60,615 nucleotides of DNA. It comes from Candidatus Hydrogenedentota bacterium. GTDB taxonomy: Bacteria > Hydrogenedentota > Hydrogenedentia > Hydrogenedentales > GCA-2746185. Location: contig JAYGCN010000127.1 in NCBI GenBank assembly GCA_046583315.1, forward strand, positions 1-60,615. Reading direction: 5' to 3'. How positions within the stretch are numbered: the stretch's first letter is position 1; each line of letters starts with the position of its first letter. The notes beneath the pieces are model-generated. The model searched no databases. It saw only the letters and a program-made list of their open reading frames with translations, and was not told the origin of the DNA. The position numbers and the translations under genes were made by a program. Positions 38,014 to 47,811 of the stretch are shown piece after piece.

Positions 38014-38937
38014 CTACACAATTTCGGCGATGATGGCATTGGCGCCTAGGGAAAGCAGGTCCAGTGCAGCCTGTTGCCCTAGTGGCTCGGCATCATCGAT
38101 TGCCCCGGACACCGTCGCGCGCAACGTAGTCTTGCCATCCAGGCTGCACACACAAGCTTCCAGCGTCAACGTGTCACCATCAACCTTTGCCAGCGCCCCG
38201 ATAGGCACCTGACATCCTCCGCCAAGTCGAGCGAGCAAGGTGCGCTCCGCCGTCGCTTCGGCGTAAGTAGGGGTATTGTGAATGGACGAAAGCGCGTCAC
38301 GCAACTCGGTGTCGTCTGATCGTGTTTGGATACCGAGTACGCCCTGCGATGCCGCTGGCAGCATCAAATCGGAGGGGATAACCTGAGCGATAACGTCTCC
38401 TCTGTCGATACGCTCAAGTCCGGCACACGCGAGAATTACCGCATCAAGTTCACCCGTTTCGATAACTTTACCCATGCGGGTATCGATGTTGCCGCGAATA
38501 TCAACGATGTTCAACTCCGAATTTATTGAAAGCAGCTGTGCCCTACGGCGCAGGCTGGATGTGCCTACTGTTGCGCCGGCGGGGAGCTCTTTGAGCGATG
38601 CGTACTTCGTACACACGAGCGCGTCATTCGGTGTCACACGCTTGGGTGTCGCGGCGATGCACAAGCCTTCCGGGTCATCCGTCGGCAGATCTTTGAGACT
38701 GTGCACAGCAAGATCGATCGAGCCGTCCCGCAGGGCCATTTCCAATTCTTCAGTGAACAAGCCCTTTCCGCCGATTTCCGCAAGCGGTTTATCCAGAATG
38801 CGATCACCTTTGGTCGTGATAATCGTAATGTCGACTTCAACACCCGCAATCGCCGCGCGAATCATATCCGCCACCTGATTCGTCTGGGTCAGGGCAAGTT
38901 TACTGCCCCGGGAGCCGATGGTTAACTTGAGTCTCAT
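38014..38937 (-). CDS. hemC: Hydroxymethylbilane synthase
   Basis: GSRGSKLALTQ, GGKGLFTEE, HSLKD, GTSSLRR, GGGCQVP. Confidence 0.98.
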   Translation of the reverse strand: MRLKLTIGSRGSKLALTQTNQVADMIRAAIAGVEVDITIITTKGDRILDKPLAEIGGKGLFTEELEMALRDGSIDLAVHSLKDLPTDDPEGLCIAATPKRVTPNDALVCTKYASLKELPAGATVGTSSLRRRAQLLSINSELNIVDIRGNIDTRMGKVIETGELDAVILACAGLERIDRGDVIAQVIPSDLMLPAASQGVLGIQTRSDDTELRDALSSIHNTPTYAEATAERTLLARLGGGCQVPIGALAKVDGDTLTLEACVCSLDGKTTLRATVSGAIDDAEPLGQQAALDLLSLGANAIIAEIV

Positions 38938-40208
38938 AGGGATTCCTTCAATCCAAAAATTCTTCGTACCACCTGCAACATGCTCGTGTGATCCGCCTGA
39001 TGTACGCCTTGTTTTATTTGCGAAAGCGGTTGTTGGAGAATGTTGTTCACGATGCGTTTCGTTAGGTATTCGACCTCCTCGCGATCGGCATCGCTGAGAT
39101 GCGCAAGACCGTCCAGTGTTTTGCGAAGTTCCCGTTCGCGCACCGCATGAAACTCGTGCGACAACGATACAATGGTCGGCTCCGCGATCAACGTCCGTAG
39201 CCAGCGCGCGAATTGTTCCACCGCCGAATCGACGAGCTCCAGACAGCGATCCATCTCGTCTCGACGCGCTTCGAGGTTCTGTTCAGCGACCCCTTTAAGG
39301 TTGTCGATGTCGTATAAATAAATGTTGTCGAGTTCGTTCACCGTCGCGTCCACATCCCGGGGTAACGCGATATCAATAATGAACATGGGCTGATTCGAGC
39401 GTTTTTTGAGGGCCTGCACTACCGAGGCTTTCTCCAATATTACGCCCGGAGCACCCGTCGAACTGATCACAATATCCGCTCGGTGCAAATGAGAATCAAG
39501 ATCGTCCAGCGCAAGGGCTTCACCGTTGTAGGCCTTCGCCAGCGTTTCCGCTTTATCCACGCTACGATTCGCCACGAGCACGTGCCCCGCGCCTTTTTCA
39601 ACGAGACTCTTGAGCGTCAACTCGCCCATTTCACCGGATCCAATCACCAGTACCGTCTTATCGCTAAGGTCCATGAAAATGGACACCGCGAGATCGACCG
39701 CGACTGAGCTGATGGACACTTTGCCCACATTGATGTTCGTGGTCGAGCGAATTTTTTTGGCGATGGCAAACGATTTTTGAAAGAGCGCGTTGATGATTTT
39801 ATCGGTGGACTGTTCGGCATGGGCACTCAAGTACGCATCGTGGACTTGCCCCAGAATCTGATCTTCGCCGACCACGAGACTGTCCAAACTTGAAGCCACA
39901 CGGAACAAATGACCCACCGCTTCGGTATCATTGAGCTCGTAAAGGAATTCGTCAAACTCTTCTTCTGGAACCTTGTGCCACTCGGCTAAAAACTTCCGGA
40001 TTTCGTGAAAAAGGTCTTCCGGTTCGCCGATATGATTGAGGTACACTTCCGAGCGGTTGCACGTGCTCACGATGACCGCACCGGCGCCTTCCAATCGATT
40101 GCGTAATTCGGCCAGCGCTTCGGGAATGCTACCCTCCGCGAAAGTCATGCGTTCGCGAAGCGCGACATCGCTGGTGTGGTGGCTCAAGCCACAGACAACC
40201 AGGCTCAT
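38934..40208 (-). CDS. hemA: Glutamyl-tRNA reductase
   Basis: STCNRSE, SSLDSLVVGEDQILGQ, GSGEMG, DIALPRD; start at ATG 40208 overlapping the ccsA stop. Confidence 0.97.
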   Translation of the reverse strand: MSLVVCGLSHHTSDVALRERMTFAEGSIPEALAELRNRLEGAGAVIVSTCNRSEVYLNHIGEPEDLFHEIRKFLAEWHKVPEEEFDEFLYELNDTEAVGHLFRVASSLDSLVVGEDQILGQVHDAYLSAHAEQSTDKIINALFQKSFAIAKKIRSTTNINVGKVSISSVAVDLAVSIFMDLSDKTVLVIGSGEMGELTLKSLVEKGAGHVLVANRSVDKAETLAKAYNGEALALDDLDSHLHRADIVISSTGAPGVILEKASVVQALKKRSNQPMFIIDIALPRDVDATVNELDNIYLYDIDNLKGVAEQNLEARRDEMDRCLELVDSAVEQFARWLRTLIAEPTIVSLSHEFHAVRERELRKTLDGLAHLSDADREEVEYLTKRIVNNILQQPLSQIKQGVHQADHTSMLQVVRRIFGLKESL

Positions 40209-41053
40209 GAGCCGCTCGCTTCCGAGGAATACCCGCCCATCTGCATCAGTTCGATGCCGAGATAGGTGAAAAAAAGCAGCATGGACATGAAGAAAACGAG
40301 ATAGGCCAGTTTGGGGCCCCGCAGGAGTCCCATGCGGCGAATATGAAAACTGCAGGCATAGAAAACGACCATCACCAGCGCGAGAATGATACGGGGTGAA
40401 TTCCACCAACCAGCTCCGAGTTCTTCGCGCTCTTGAAAGGCCCAGCCGAATCCGAGTATCAGCGTAATCGCGAACACGGGATACCCCACGCCGATGAGAC
40501 CGAACAATGTCTTGTCGATACGCTCAAGTGAGGGCAATCGTTGCGCGACGCGGTCTGTCTTGACCCGTTTGAGACTTTGCGCCTTGGTCACGTAGGCCAT
40601 GCTCGTCAGGCTGGCGACGATGAACAAGGCGAACGCGAAAAATACGAGCGTGACGTGAACGGATAGCACCAGACCGTTGAGTGCTTTGGGAGCTTCGGCA
40701 AGCGATGCCGGGCTGAAAACGGCGTTCAAAATAGCCAAAAACGCCAGCGCAGGCATGTAATACATCATGACCGGTTTCATCGCCGGATCGCGTTGCACGG
40801 TCAAGATGATTCCCGTGCACATCACGATGAGCACGTTCAGCGAGTCACCCAAGCCGGTAAAGGGTACGCGACCGAAATGCACCCAGCGGTAAATGAATAC
40901 AGTGAGCAGTAACACGTTGCCCAGAGCCGCCGCATGTTTGGACCAGTTCAGATCGCCGTCCGAGTTCGTGCGCACATAACGCATCGCGCACACGGCCGAT
41001 ATCCCGTAGACCAATGTGGCGGCGTAGAGTGCAATGATGGTAATTGAAGGCAT
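40205..41053 (-). CDS. ccsA: Cytochrome c assembly (CcsA/HemX-like) membrane protein
   Basis: About 8 TMs, conserved His (SVHV), LPSLERID, Trp-rich loop; directly upstream of hemA. Confidence 0.8.
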   Translation of the reverse strand: MPSITIIALYAATLVYGISAVCAMRYVRTNSDGDLNWSKHAAALGNVLLLTVFIYRWVHFGRVPFTGLGDSLNVLIVMCTGIILTVQRDPAMKPVMMYYMPALAFLAILNAVFSPASLAEAPKALNGLVLSVHVTLVFFAFALFIVASLTSMAYVTKAQSLKRVKTDRVAQRLPSLERIDKTLFGLIGVGYPVFAITLILGFGWAFQEREELGAGWWNSPRIILALVMVVFYACSFHIRRMGLLRGPKLAYLVFFMSMLLFFTYLGIELMQMGGYSSEASGS

Positions 41054-41307
41054 AAAGTACCTTTTCCCCACCCAAAACCGAATATCGGCAGGGATTTTCG
41101 TCAATGAGAATGCCCATATCATACCCTAAATACCGTATAACGGGCTACTTAGACCGATTCTCGTGCCGCATTCGGTTCAATGGAGGAATCGAAATTCAAA
41201 ATTTGGTATACTGTAGGTCGTTTTTCCACATGATTTTGCCCCCATACAACACCTTCGGGCAGACCTTTGTTCAATCCAAGCCCCGCCAATGAGGAGAGTT
41301 ACGTACC

Positions 41308-43251
41308 ATGACCACCACAGCAGATACCTATGAATTCCAGACCGAAGCACGCCAACTACTGGATCTGATGATCCACTCGGTGTATTCCAACAAAGACATC
41401 TTTCTGCGCGAGCTGATTTCGAATGGCTCCGACGCCATGGACAAACGAAAATTCGAAGCCGTTCAGCATCCCGACTATTTGGAAGGCGACCCGGAACTGA
41501 GTATTTTTCTCGAGTCCGATTCCGATGCCCACACCTTAACCATCCATGACCGCGGTGTCGGCATGTCACGCGAAGAAGTGCAGGATCTCATTGGCACAAT
41601 CGCAAAATCCGGCACGAAAGAATTCCTCGATCAGTTGAAAGAAAACAAAGAAGCATCTGGACCGGACATGATAGGTCAGTTCGGCGTGGGATTCTATTCC
41701 TCCTTTATGGTTGCGGACAGCGTTGTATTGGTGACTCGTAAAGTAGGCGAAGAAACCGCTACGCGCTGGGAATCCGCAGGCGAAGGCACGTACACGATGG
41801 AAGAGGTCGAGAAGGATGAAGTCGGCACGTCGATTACCTTGCACCTGAAACCCACTGACGACGAAGATGGCATGCAGGACTACACGCAGGAATGGGTACT
41901 GCGCCAGATCGTGAAAAAGTATTCAGATTTCGTCGCCTATCCGATTCAAATGAACATCGAACGCGACGAATACGAGAAGGATGAAGAAGGCAATCCGCTT
42001 GAGGGTGCCGAGCCGACGAAAGTCATCGAACTGCAAACCCTGAACTCGATGAAGGCGCTATGGCTCAAGGATAAATCTGAAACCACCGACGAAGAAGTAA
42101 ACGAGTTCTACAAACACATCTCGCACGACTGGCATGAACCGATGGAAGTCATTCGCGCCAAGATTGAAGGCACCCTGGAATACCGCCTGATGCTTTTCAT
42201 TCCATCGAAAGCCCCGACGGACATGTTCTACCGCGACGGCCAATTCGGCATTCATCTCTACGTGAAACGCGTATACATTATGGACGATTGCCGTGAATTA
42301 CTGCCGGATTACCTGCGTTTTGTGAAAGGTGTCGTGGACTCCGAAGATCTTTCGCTCAACGTGTCCCGTGAAATCCTTCAGCAGGATCGCCAAGTCAAGA
42401 AAATGAGCAACGGCATCGTGAACAAGGTTCTCGACGCGCTCAAACGCCTCAAGAAAAGTGATGACGAAAAGTACCTGGAATTCTGGGCCGAGTTTGGCGT
42501 CGCCTTCAAGGAAGGCCTCTACAACGACCACGAAAACCGCGAGACCTTGCAGGATCTGCTCATGTGTCAGTCCTCCATGGAAGACGGCTTGACCACGCTT
42601 CAGGGTTACGTTGATCGCATGAAAGACGATCAGGAACACATTTATTACCTGACTGGCGACTCGTTGCAGGCTGTGCAGAATTCGCCGCACCTCGAAGCCT
42701 TCAAAGACAAGGGTTATGAAGTGTTGTACTTCACCGACCCCGTCGACGACATCTGGCTGCAGTCCGTTTTTGAATACAAAGAGAAGACATTGCAATCCGT
42801 TGGTAAAGGCGAAGCCGAACTCGGTACCGAAGAAGAAAAGAAGAAAGCCGAAGAGTCCCGCAAGGAAAAACAGGAAACGTACAATTCACTGCTCGAAAAG
42901 ATTCAGGCTTCGTTGGAAGACGACATCAAGGAAGTCCGATTGTCGAGCCGTCTCACCTCATCGGCCGCCTGTCTCGTTCAGGATCAGGGCGACATGACCC
43001 CGCAGATGGAAAAATTGATGGCGCAGATGGGCCAGGACGTGCCGAAGCAAAAGCGCATCCTGGAATTGAATCCGGATCACCCTATCCTGGAGAAATTGCA
43101 GGGTATCTTCGACGCGGATGCCGATTCTTTGGATTTGGGCGACTATTCCGAGTTACTATACGGTCAGGCGACGTTGGCTGAAGGTGGTCAAATCGCCGAT
43201 CCTGGAAAATTCGCGAAGCTGGTATCAAACTTGATGGTGCAGGCACTGTAG
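41308..43251 (+). CDS. htpG: Hsp90 chaperone HtpG
   Basis: YSNKDIFLRELISN, IGQFGVGFYSSF, GVVDSEDLSLNVSRE, ILELNPDHP. Confidence 0.98.
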   Translation: MTTTADTYEFQTEARQLLDLMIHSVYSNKDIFLRELISNGSDAMDKRKFEAVQHPDYLEGDPELSIFLESDSDAHTLTIHDRGVGMSREEVQDLIGTIAKSGTKEFLDQLKENKEASGPDMIGQFGVGFYSSFMVADSVVLVTRKVGEETATRWESAGEGTYTMEEVEKDEVGTSITLHLKPTDDEDGMQDYTQEWVLRQIVKKYSDFVAYPIQMNIERDEYEKDEEGNPLEGAEPTKVIELQTLNSMKALWLKDKSETTDEEVNEFYKHISHDWHEPMEVIRAKIEGTLEYRLMLFIPSKAPTDMFYRDGQFGIHLYVKRVYIMDDCRELLPDYLRFVKGVVDSEDLSLNVSREILQQDRQVKKMSNGIVNKVLDALKRLKKSDDEKYLEFWAEFGVAFKEGLYNDHENRETLQDLLMCQSSMEDGLTTLQGYVDRMKDDQEHIYYLTGDSLQAVQNSPHLEAFKDKGYEVLYFTDPVDDIWLQSVFEYKEKTLQSVGKGEAELGTEEEKKKAEESRKEKQETYNSLLEKIQASLEDDIKEVRLSSRLTSSAACLVQDQGDMTPQMEKLMAQMGQDVPKQKRILELNPDHPILEKLQGIFDADADSLDLGDYSELLYGQATLAEGGQIADPGKFAKLVSNLMVQAL

Positions 43252-43297
43252 TTTTCGAGTATGCTGAAGAGCGTGGCTCGTTGAAGGAGGAACGTAT

Positions 43298-43819
43298 ATG
43301 CAATCGCGCGCGACATACTTGTTGTTGGTTTCGATACTCGCAATCACGGGTTGCGCCTCGGATGAAGTTCCCGAAGATACTTCTTATACGATAGGCGATC
43401 TTGCGCCCGAAGTCACGGGAGTGACCTATCTGCAAGGAAGCCCGGTTGATCGAGCCAGCGACCACAACGCCTATCTGATCGAATTTTGGGCGACGTGGTG
43501 CGCACCGTGCAAAGACAGCGCGCCGATACTTTCCGGGTTTCAGACCGAATACAAAAATCGCGGCCTGTTGGTCGCGGGCTTGTCCGACGAAACCGAGTCC
43601 GTCGTGAAGCCCTATCTCGCCGAATACGGCGCGAACATGGCCTACACGATAGGACTCGATCCCATGGGGGCCGTCCAGAAACAATTCCTTGAAGGCTATG
43701 GGATTTCCGGCGTGCCGTGGGCCTTCCTGTTGGATGGCGACGGCAAAGTTGTCTGGGTGGGTCACCCGATGGCTCCTGAATTGGTCGAGGAATTGGCTAC
43801 ACTATTACCAAACTCGTAA
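43298..43819 (+). CDS. TlpA-family thioredoxin-like lipoprotein
   Basis: Lipobox ITGC; FWATWCAPC; cis-Pro GVP. Confidence 0.88.
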   Translation: MQSRATYLLLVSILAITGCASDEVPEDTSYTIGDLAPEVTGVTYLQGSPVDRASDHNAYLIEFWATWCAPCKDSAPILSGFQTEYKNRGLLVAGLSDETESVVKPYLAEYGANMAYTIGLDPMGAVQKQFLEGYGISGVPWAFLLDGDGKVVWVGHPMAPELVEELATLLPNS

Positions 43820-43915
43820 TTTGTTCGAACTGCTGGCCCTGTCAGCCAAAAATACCGTATACTAACGAGTCCACCAAGCGGGAGCGATCCCTTAGCTTAA
43901 AGAGAGGTTACTACT

Positions 43916-45157
43916 ATGAAATTTCGTCTTTCCACATTATTGTTATCGGCGGCCCTTGTGGCATTCATGCCGATTGCACTAGCCGCCCCGATTGCTCCCG
44001 GCCCAAACGCTCAGGAAGAAATCCAGGAAGCACTCATCCTCGCTGAAGAAGGCGACGTGATTGAGCTGGCTGCAGGTACCTTCCATTTGAAGAGCACACT
44101 CTCCCTGGATGTAGACGGCGTAACCGTGCGCGGCGCGGGTATCGACCGAACAATTCTCTCGTACAAAGATCAGGATGCCGGTTCCGAAGGCTTTACGGTT
44201 ACCAGTAACAACGTCGTGTTGCAAGACTTCGCCGTGGAAGACGCTGTCGGCGATGCCATTAAAACCAAGGGGTGCGACACCATCTCCTTCATCAACATAC
44301 GCACTGAATGGACGGGCGGCCCGAAGTATACAAACGGTGCCTACGGATTGTATCCCGTGGCCTGCAAGAACGTGCTCATCGATGGCTGTATCGCTATTGG
44401 AGCATCGGATGCCGGCATCTACGTGGGTCAATCACAGAACATTATCGTGCGCAATTCGATCGTGAAATACAACGTCGCCGGCATCGAAATCGAGAATTGC
44501 TACAACGCCGATGTCTACAACAACCTGGCAACGCATAACGCGGGCGGATTGCTCGTATTTGACCTGCCGAATCTTCCGCAGCAGGGCGGACACAACGTGC
44601 GCTTCTTCGGCAACATCAGTGTGGACAACGACACGAAAAACTTCGCGCCGGAAGGCAACATTGTGGGTCTCGTGCCAACCGGTACCGGTCTGTTGATTAT
44701 GGCCAACCGCAATGTGGAAGTCTTCAATAACGTATTCAGCGGAAACGGCACAGCGAACATTACCATCAGCAGCTACTCTGGAAAACGCAACGAAGGCAAG
44801 AAATTCGACCCCGACTACCTCCCGAACCCACAAGAGATTCACATCCACCACAACACCTTCTCCGGTTCAGGCACGAACCCGATGGGCGTACGCGGCGCAA
44901 TGATGCAGCAGGCAGCTCGCAGCGAAAAACTGCCCGACATCGTGTGGGACGGTCGATTAAAAGAAGGCTTTACCGCTGCCGATGCGAAGATCTATATTCA
45001 CGACAACGGTCCAGCTGACTTCGTAAACCTCGATCTCACGAACTTCGATAAAGATCCCAAGTCCAACAAAGCCAGCTGGGATCTCAGCCCTCACATCGGT
45101 TCATTGCCGCCACTACCAGCTATCGAATTCGACGCTGCACGGGCATCTACCGACTAA
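43916..45157 (+). CDS. Secreted parallel beta-helix protein (TIGR03805-like), copy 1
   Basis: NGAYGLYPV, GASDAGIYVGQS, NVAGIEIEN, FDLPNLP, NFAPEGNIV. Confidence 0.85.
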   Translation: MKFRLSTLLLSAALVAFMPIALAAPIAPGPNAQEEIQEALILAEEGDVIELAAGTFHLKSTLSLDVDGVTVRGAGIDRTILSYKDQDAGSEGFTVTSNNVVLQDFAVEDAVGDAIKTKGCDTISFINIRTEWTGGPKYTNGAYGLYPVACKNVLIDGCIAIGASDAGIYVGQSQNIIVRNSIVKYNVAGIEIENCYNADVYNNLATHNAGGLLVFDLPNLPQQGGHNVRFFGNISVDNDTKNFAPEGNIVGLVPTGTGLLIMANRNVEVFNNVFSGNGTANITISSYSGKRNEGKKFDPDYLPNPQEIHIHHNTFSGSGTNPMGVRGAMMQQAARSEKLPDIVWDGRLKEGFTAADAKIYIHDNGPADFVNLDLTNFDKDPKSNKASWDLSPHIGSLPPLPAIEFDAARASTD

Positions 45158-45183
45158 GAACCATTCGAATTCATAGCGATAAT

Positions 45184-45217
45184 AAAGGGCTGGCCTTGGG
45201 TCAGCCCTTTTTGTTTT
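45184..45217 (+). terminator. Rho-independent terminator between the beta-helix genes
   Basis: AAAGGGCTGGCC-TTG-GGTCAGCCCTTT followed by TTGTTTT. Confidence 0.8.
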
Positions 45218-45258
45218 AATGAGGGTTGCAGAAGGAAAACGCTTCGAAAGGAATTCTC

Positions 45259-46497
45259 ATGAAAATGACTCTATCGGCTGCATTGGCTTGTCTCCTGGCC
45301 TTTGGCGCTCAGGCGGTGACGATTATACCCGGCGCGAACATTCAGGAAACCGTTCAGGAAGCCTTAATCCTGGCCGAGGAAGGCGACGTCATTGAATTCG
45401 CCGCGGGCACCTACGAATTCACGATGGGTCTGTCGCTGGACGTAGATAACGTCACCATTCGCGGCGCGGGGCATGACAAGACCATCCTCAGCTTCAAGAA
45501 CCAAGACGCCGGCAGCGAAGGCCTTATGATTACCAGCAGCGGCGTTGCATTGGAAGACTTCGCGGTCGAAGACACTGTCGGCGACGCGATCAAGATCAAG
45601 GGCGCGAAAGGCATCACCTGCCTGAGGGTTCGTACGGAATGGACCCGTGGTCCGCACGAGACGAACGGGGCCTACGGTTTCTATCCGGTTGCGTCCAGCG
45701 ATGTGCTGATTGATGGGTGCATCGTGAAAGGCGCGTCGGATGCAGGCGTGTATGTCGGCCAGTCGACCAACATCATCGTGCGTAACTGTCTGGTGCAATA
45801 CAACGTCGCCGGTATCGAAATCGAGAACTGTTATTACGCCGACGTCTATGACAACGAGACTTCACACAACACCGGCGGAATCCTCGTCTTCGACATGCCG
45901 AACCTGCCACAGATGCGTGGACATCACGTACGTATCTTCAACAATAAAGTGATTAACAACGACACGAAAAACTTTGCGCCTGAAGGCAATATTGTCGGTC
46001 TCGTACCAACGGGTACTGGACTGATGGTGATGGCCAACGAATATGTGGAGGTCTTCGGCAACCACTTTGATGGCAACGGCACCGCGAACGTGATTATCCG
46101 TGCCTTCTATCAAAACACCAAGAAGAAGGTTGACGCGACGATGAACGTGTATCCCGAAGCCATCTACGTGCATGACAATACCTTTGGCACGGGCGGTTTC
46201 AAACCCATGGGCATGCGCGGCGAAATGTACACGGACGCCGCCGGACGCGATACGCTGCCGGATATCGTGTGGGACGGCATGGTCAATCCGGGCAAAGCCG
46301 TGAACGGCAAGCTGCCCAAGGAACTTGGCATCTACTTAAAGAACAACGGTGATGCAGACTACATCAATCTGGACCTCACGCCTTGGTGGAATGACAAGAA
46401 TTCCAACAAGCCAACCTCTGACATCAAGGAATTGGCTGGCGAACTGCCCGCACTTCCTGCAATCTCGATTCCGGGTGATCGCGAATCCACCGACTAA
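45259..46497 (+). CDS. Secreted parallel beta-helix protein (TIGR03805-like), copy 2
   Basis: Same motifs as copy 1; AAAGGA RBS before ATG 45259. Confidence 0.85.
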   Translation: MKMTLSAALACLLAFGAQAVTIIPGANIQETVQEALILAEEGDVIEFAAGTYEFTMGLSLDVDNVTIRGAGHDKTILSFKNQDAGSEGLMITSSGVALEDFAVEDTVGDAIKIKGAKGITCLRVRTEWTRGPHETNGAYGFYPVASSDVLIDGCIVKGASDAGVYVGQSTNIIVRNCLVQYNVAGIEIENCYYADVYDNETSHNTGGILVFDMPNLPQMRGHHVRIFNNKVINNDTKNFAPEGNIVGLVPTGTGLMVMANEYVEVFGNHFDGNGTANVIIRAFYQNTKKKVDATMNVYPEAIYVHDNTFGTGGFKPMGMRGEMYTDAAGRDTLPDIVWDGMVNPGKAVNGKLPKELGIYLKNNGDADYINLDLTPWWNDKNSNKPTSDIKELAGELPALPAISIPGDRESTD

Positions 46498-47009
46498 TCG
46501 TTCTTCAAACTCAACGTCATTTCGGCATAGGAAACATCGCATAAATCGGCGCTTTCTATGCCGAATGTTTTGCGCAGGAATTGCAACTTGCTGAAACCGT
46601 CGTGATCGTCGAATTCTTCGGATAATACCGCTTCAAATTCGATGAAATCGCCGAGACCTTCGACGCGATCAAGGTGGATGCGCACGTTTTCCCAGAGCCA
46701 CAACGAGCGGACTTTTTCCACGACGACCTGCGCGCCCAACGAATCCGTCAAGAGCGGCTTCAGGCTCAACGCGTCGATCGTTGCCATCGAATAATCGCAG
46801 GCTTTCGTGTCGGCTACGGTCGGGCGAATGTAATGCACGAGGTAATCGTCACCGGGGTCCACTTCGCGCAGTTTCATGAGGCCGTTGGTGCAATTGAAGT
46901 AGGTATCGCGCTGTTTCAAATCGCCTACGGGCGTGGCATCGATGGCTTGGCATAGTGTAGAGGCAATCTCATGCGAGGCGAGGCGTGCTTTGAGTTCGAT
47001 ATTCCGCAT
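46494..47009 (-). CDS. CYTH domain protein (class IV adenylate cyclase-like)
   Basis: NIELKA (ExxK), QRDTYF, KLRE, KVR, HLDRVEGLGDFIEFEAV, SY. Confidence 0.88.
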   Translation of the reverse strand: MRNIELKARLASHEIASTLCQAIDATPVGDLKQRDTYFNCTNGLMKLREVDPGDDYLVHYIRPTVADTKACDYSMATIDALSLKPLLTDSLGAQVVVEKVRSLWLWENVRIHLDRVEGLGDFIEFEAVLSEEFDDHDGFSKLQFLRKTFGIESADLCDVSYAEMTLSLKND

Positions 47010-47013
47010 GGTG

Positions 47014-47694
47014 CTACAGGACCGCCAGCTCGTCCGTGATTTGTGCCTTGAAGGCTTCGATATTTGCAGCGAGATTGCCTTCTGCAAACACCGCCGCGTC
47101 GTCCATGACGATCATGTCGGCACCGTGTTTCACGCAGAGCGCCGTGTGTTTGGGCGTCATGAAGCCTTCTACCGAAAGCGTCGCGCGACTTTCCGCATAG
47201 TCCAGGTTGTCCCGCAAAATCTTCACGCGATCAAGGGCACCGGCCAAGGTAACACGCCGCGCGATGTCCCGGTCTTCGGTGATGACGTGCACGCAGTCGA
47301 CATCCCCCATGAGGTATTCGAGTTTGGTCAGCGGTGTGGCTGGTTTTACCGCGATGCCCGCTTGTACGCCCGCGTTGATGATTTGTTGCAGGGCGCGGTG
47401 GGCGTGGACGGTGGATTCCACGTGAATGGTGATGCGTTTGCAACCGGCCTTCACGAAATCGTTGATGTGGCGTTCGGGTCGTTCGATCTGCAAGTGCGCA
47501 TGGACGGGCAGCGTCGATTGCTGTGCCAGGGCTTCGATGGTTTCCAGTCCCATCGCGAAGCCCTGTGTGAACACGCCGTCTTTCACGTCAACATGCAGCT
47601 CACCGCAACCGGACGCCTCGAGTATGGCGACATCAGCACCAAGATTGAGTGGATTTGCGTAACACAACGCGGCAGACCATAACGTTTCTTTCAC
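47014..47694 (-). CDS. Ribulose-phosphate 3-epimerase-like protein (degenerate)
   Basis: LHVDVKDG, HAHL, ITIHVE, KPATPL; C-terminal motifs diverged. Confidence 0.8.
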   Translation of the reverse strand: MKETLWSAALCYANPLNLGADVAILEASGCGELHVDVKDGVFTQGFAMGLETIEALAQQSTLPVHAHLQIERPERHINDFVKAGCKRITIHVESTVHAHRALQQIINAGVQAGIAVKPATPLTKLEYLMGDVDCVHVITEDRDIARRVTLAGALDRVKILRDNLDYAESRATLSVEGFMTPKHTALCVKHGADMIVMDDAAVFAEGNLAANIEAFKAQITDELAVL

Positions 47695-47771
47695 CGAACA
47701 CCTCGCTTGTGGTTCTTGGGGATGAGCGGATTATACCGATTCCGGTCGGGGTAGGTAAACCGCCTGTTTCA

Positions 47772-47795
47772 CACAGAGACGCAGAGGCGCAGAGA
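47772..47795 (+). repeat. 8-nt period tandem repeat (C[A/G]CAGAG[A/G]) x3
   Basis: cacagaga cgcagagg cgcagaga. Confidence 0.7.
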
Positions 47796-47811
47796 GTTGC
47801 CTCCCGTTGGT

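Noticed and set aside
40209..40409. N-terminal extension of hemA in the ORF track
   Set aside because: Overlaps ccsA; HemA homology begins at ATG 40208
41054..41307. CIRCE or DnaA control of htpG
   Set aside because: No TTAGCACTC-N9-GAGTGCTAA; only one isolated TTTTCCACA (41222-41230), which is expected by chance
43916..46497. Beta-helix proteins as c-type cytochromes or a recent duplication/assembly artefact
   Set aside because: No CxxCH; the copies differ extensively at synonymous and non-synonymous sites
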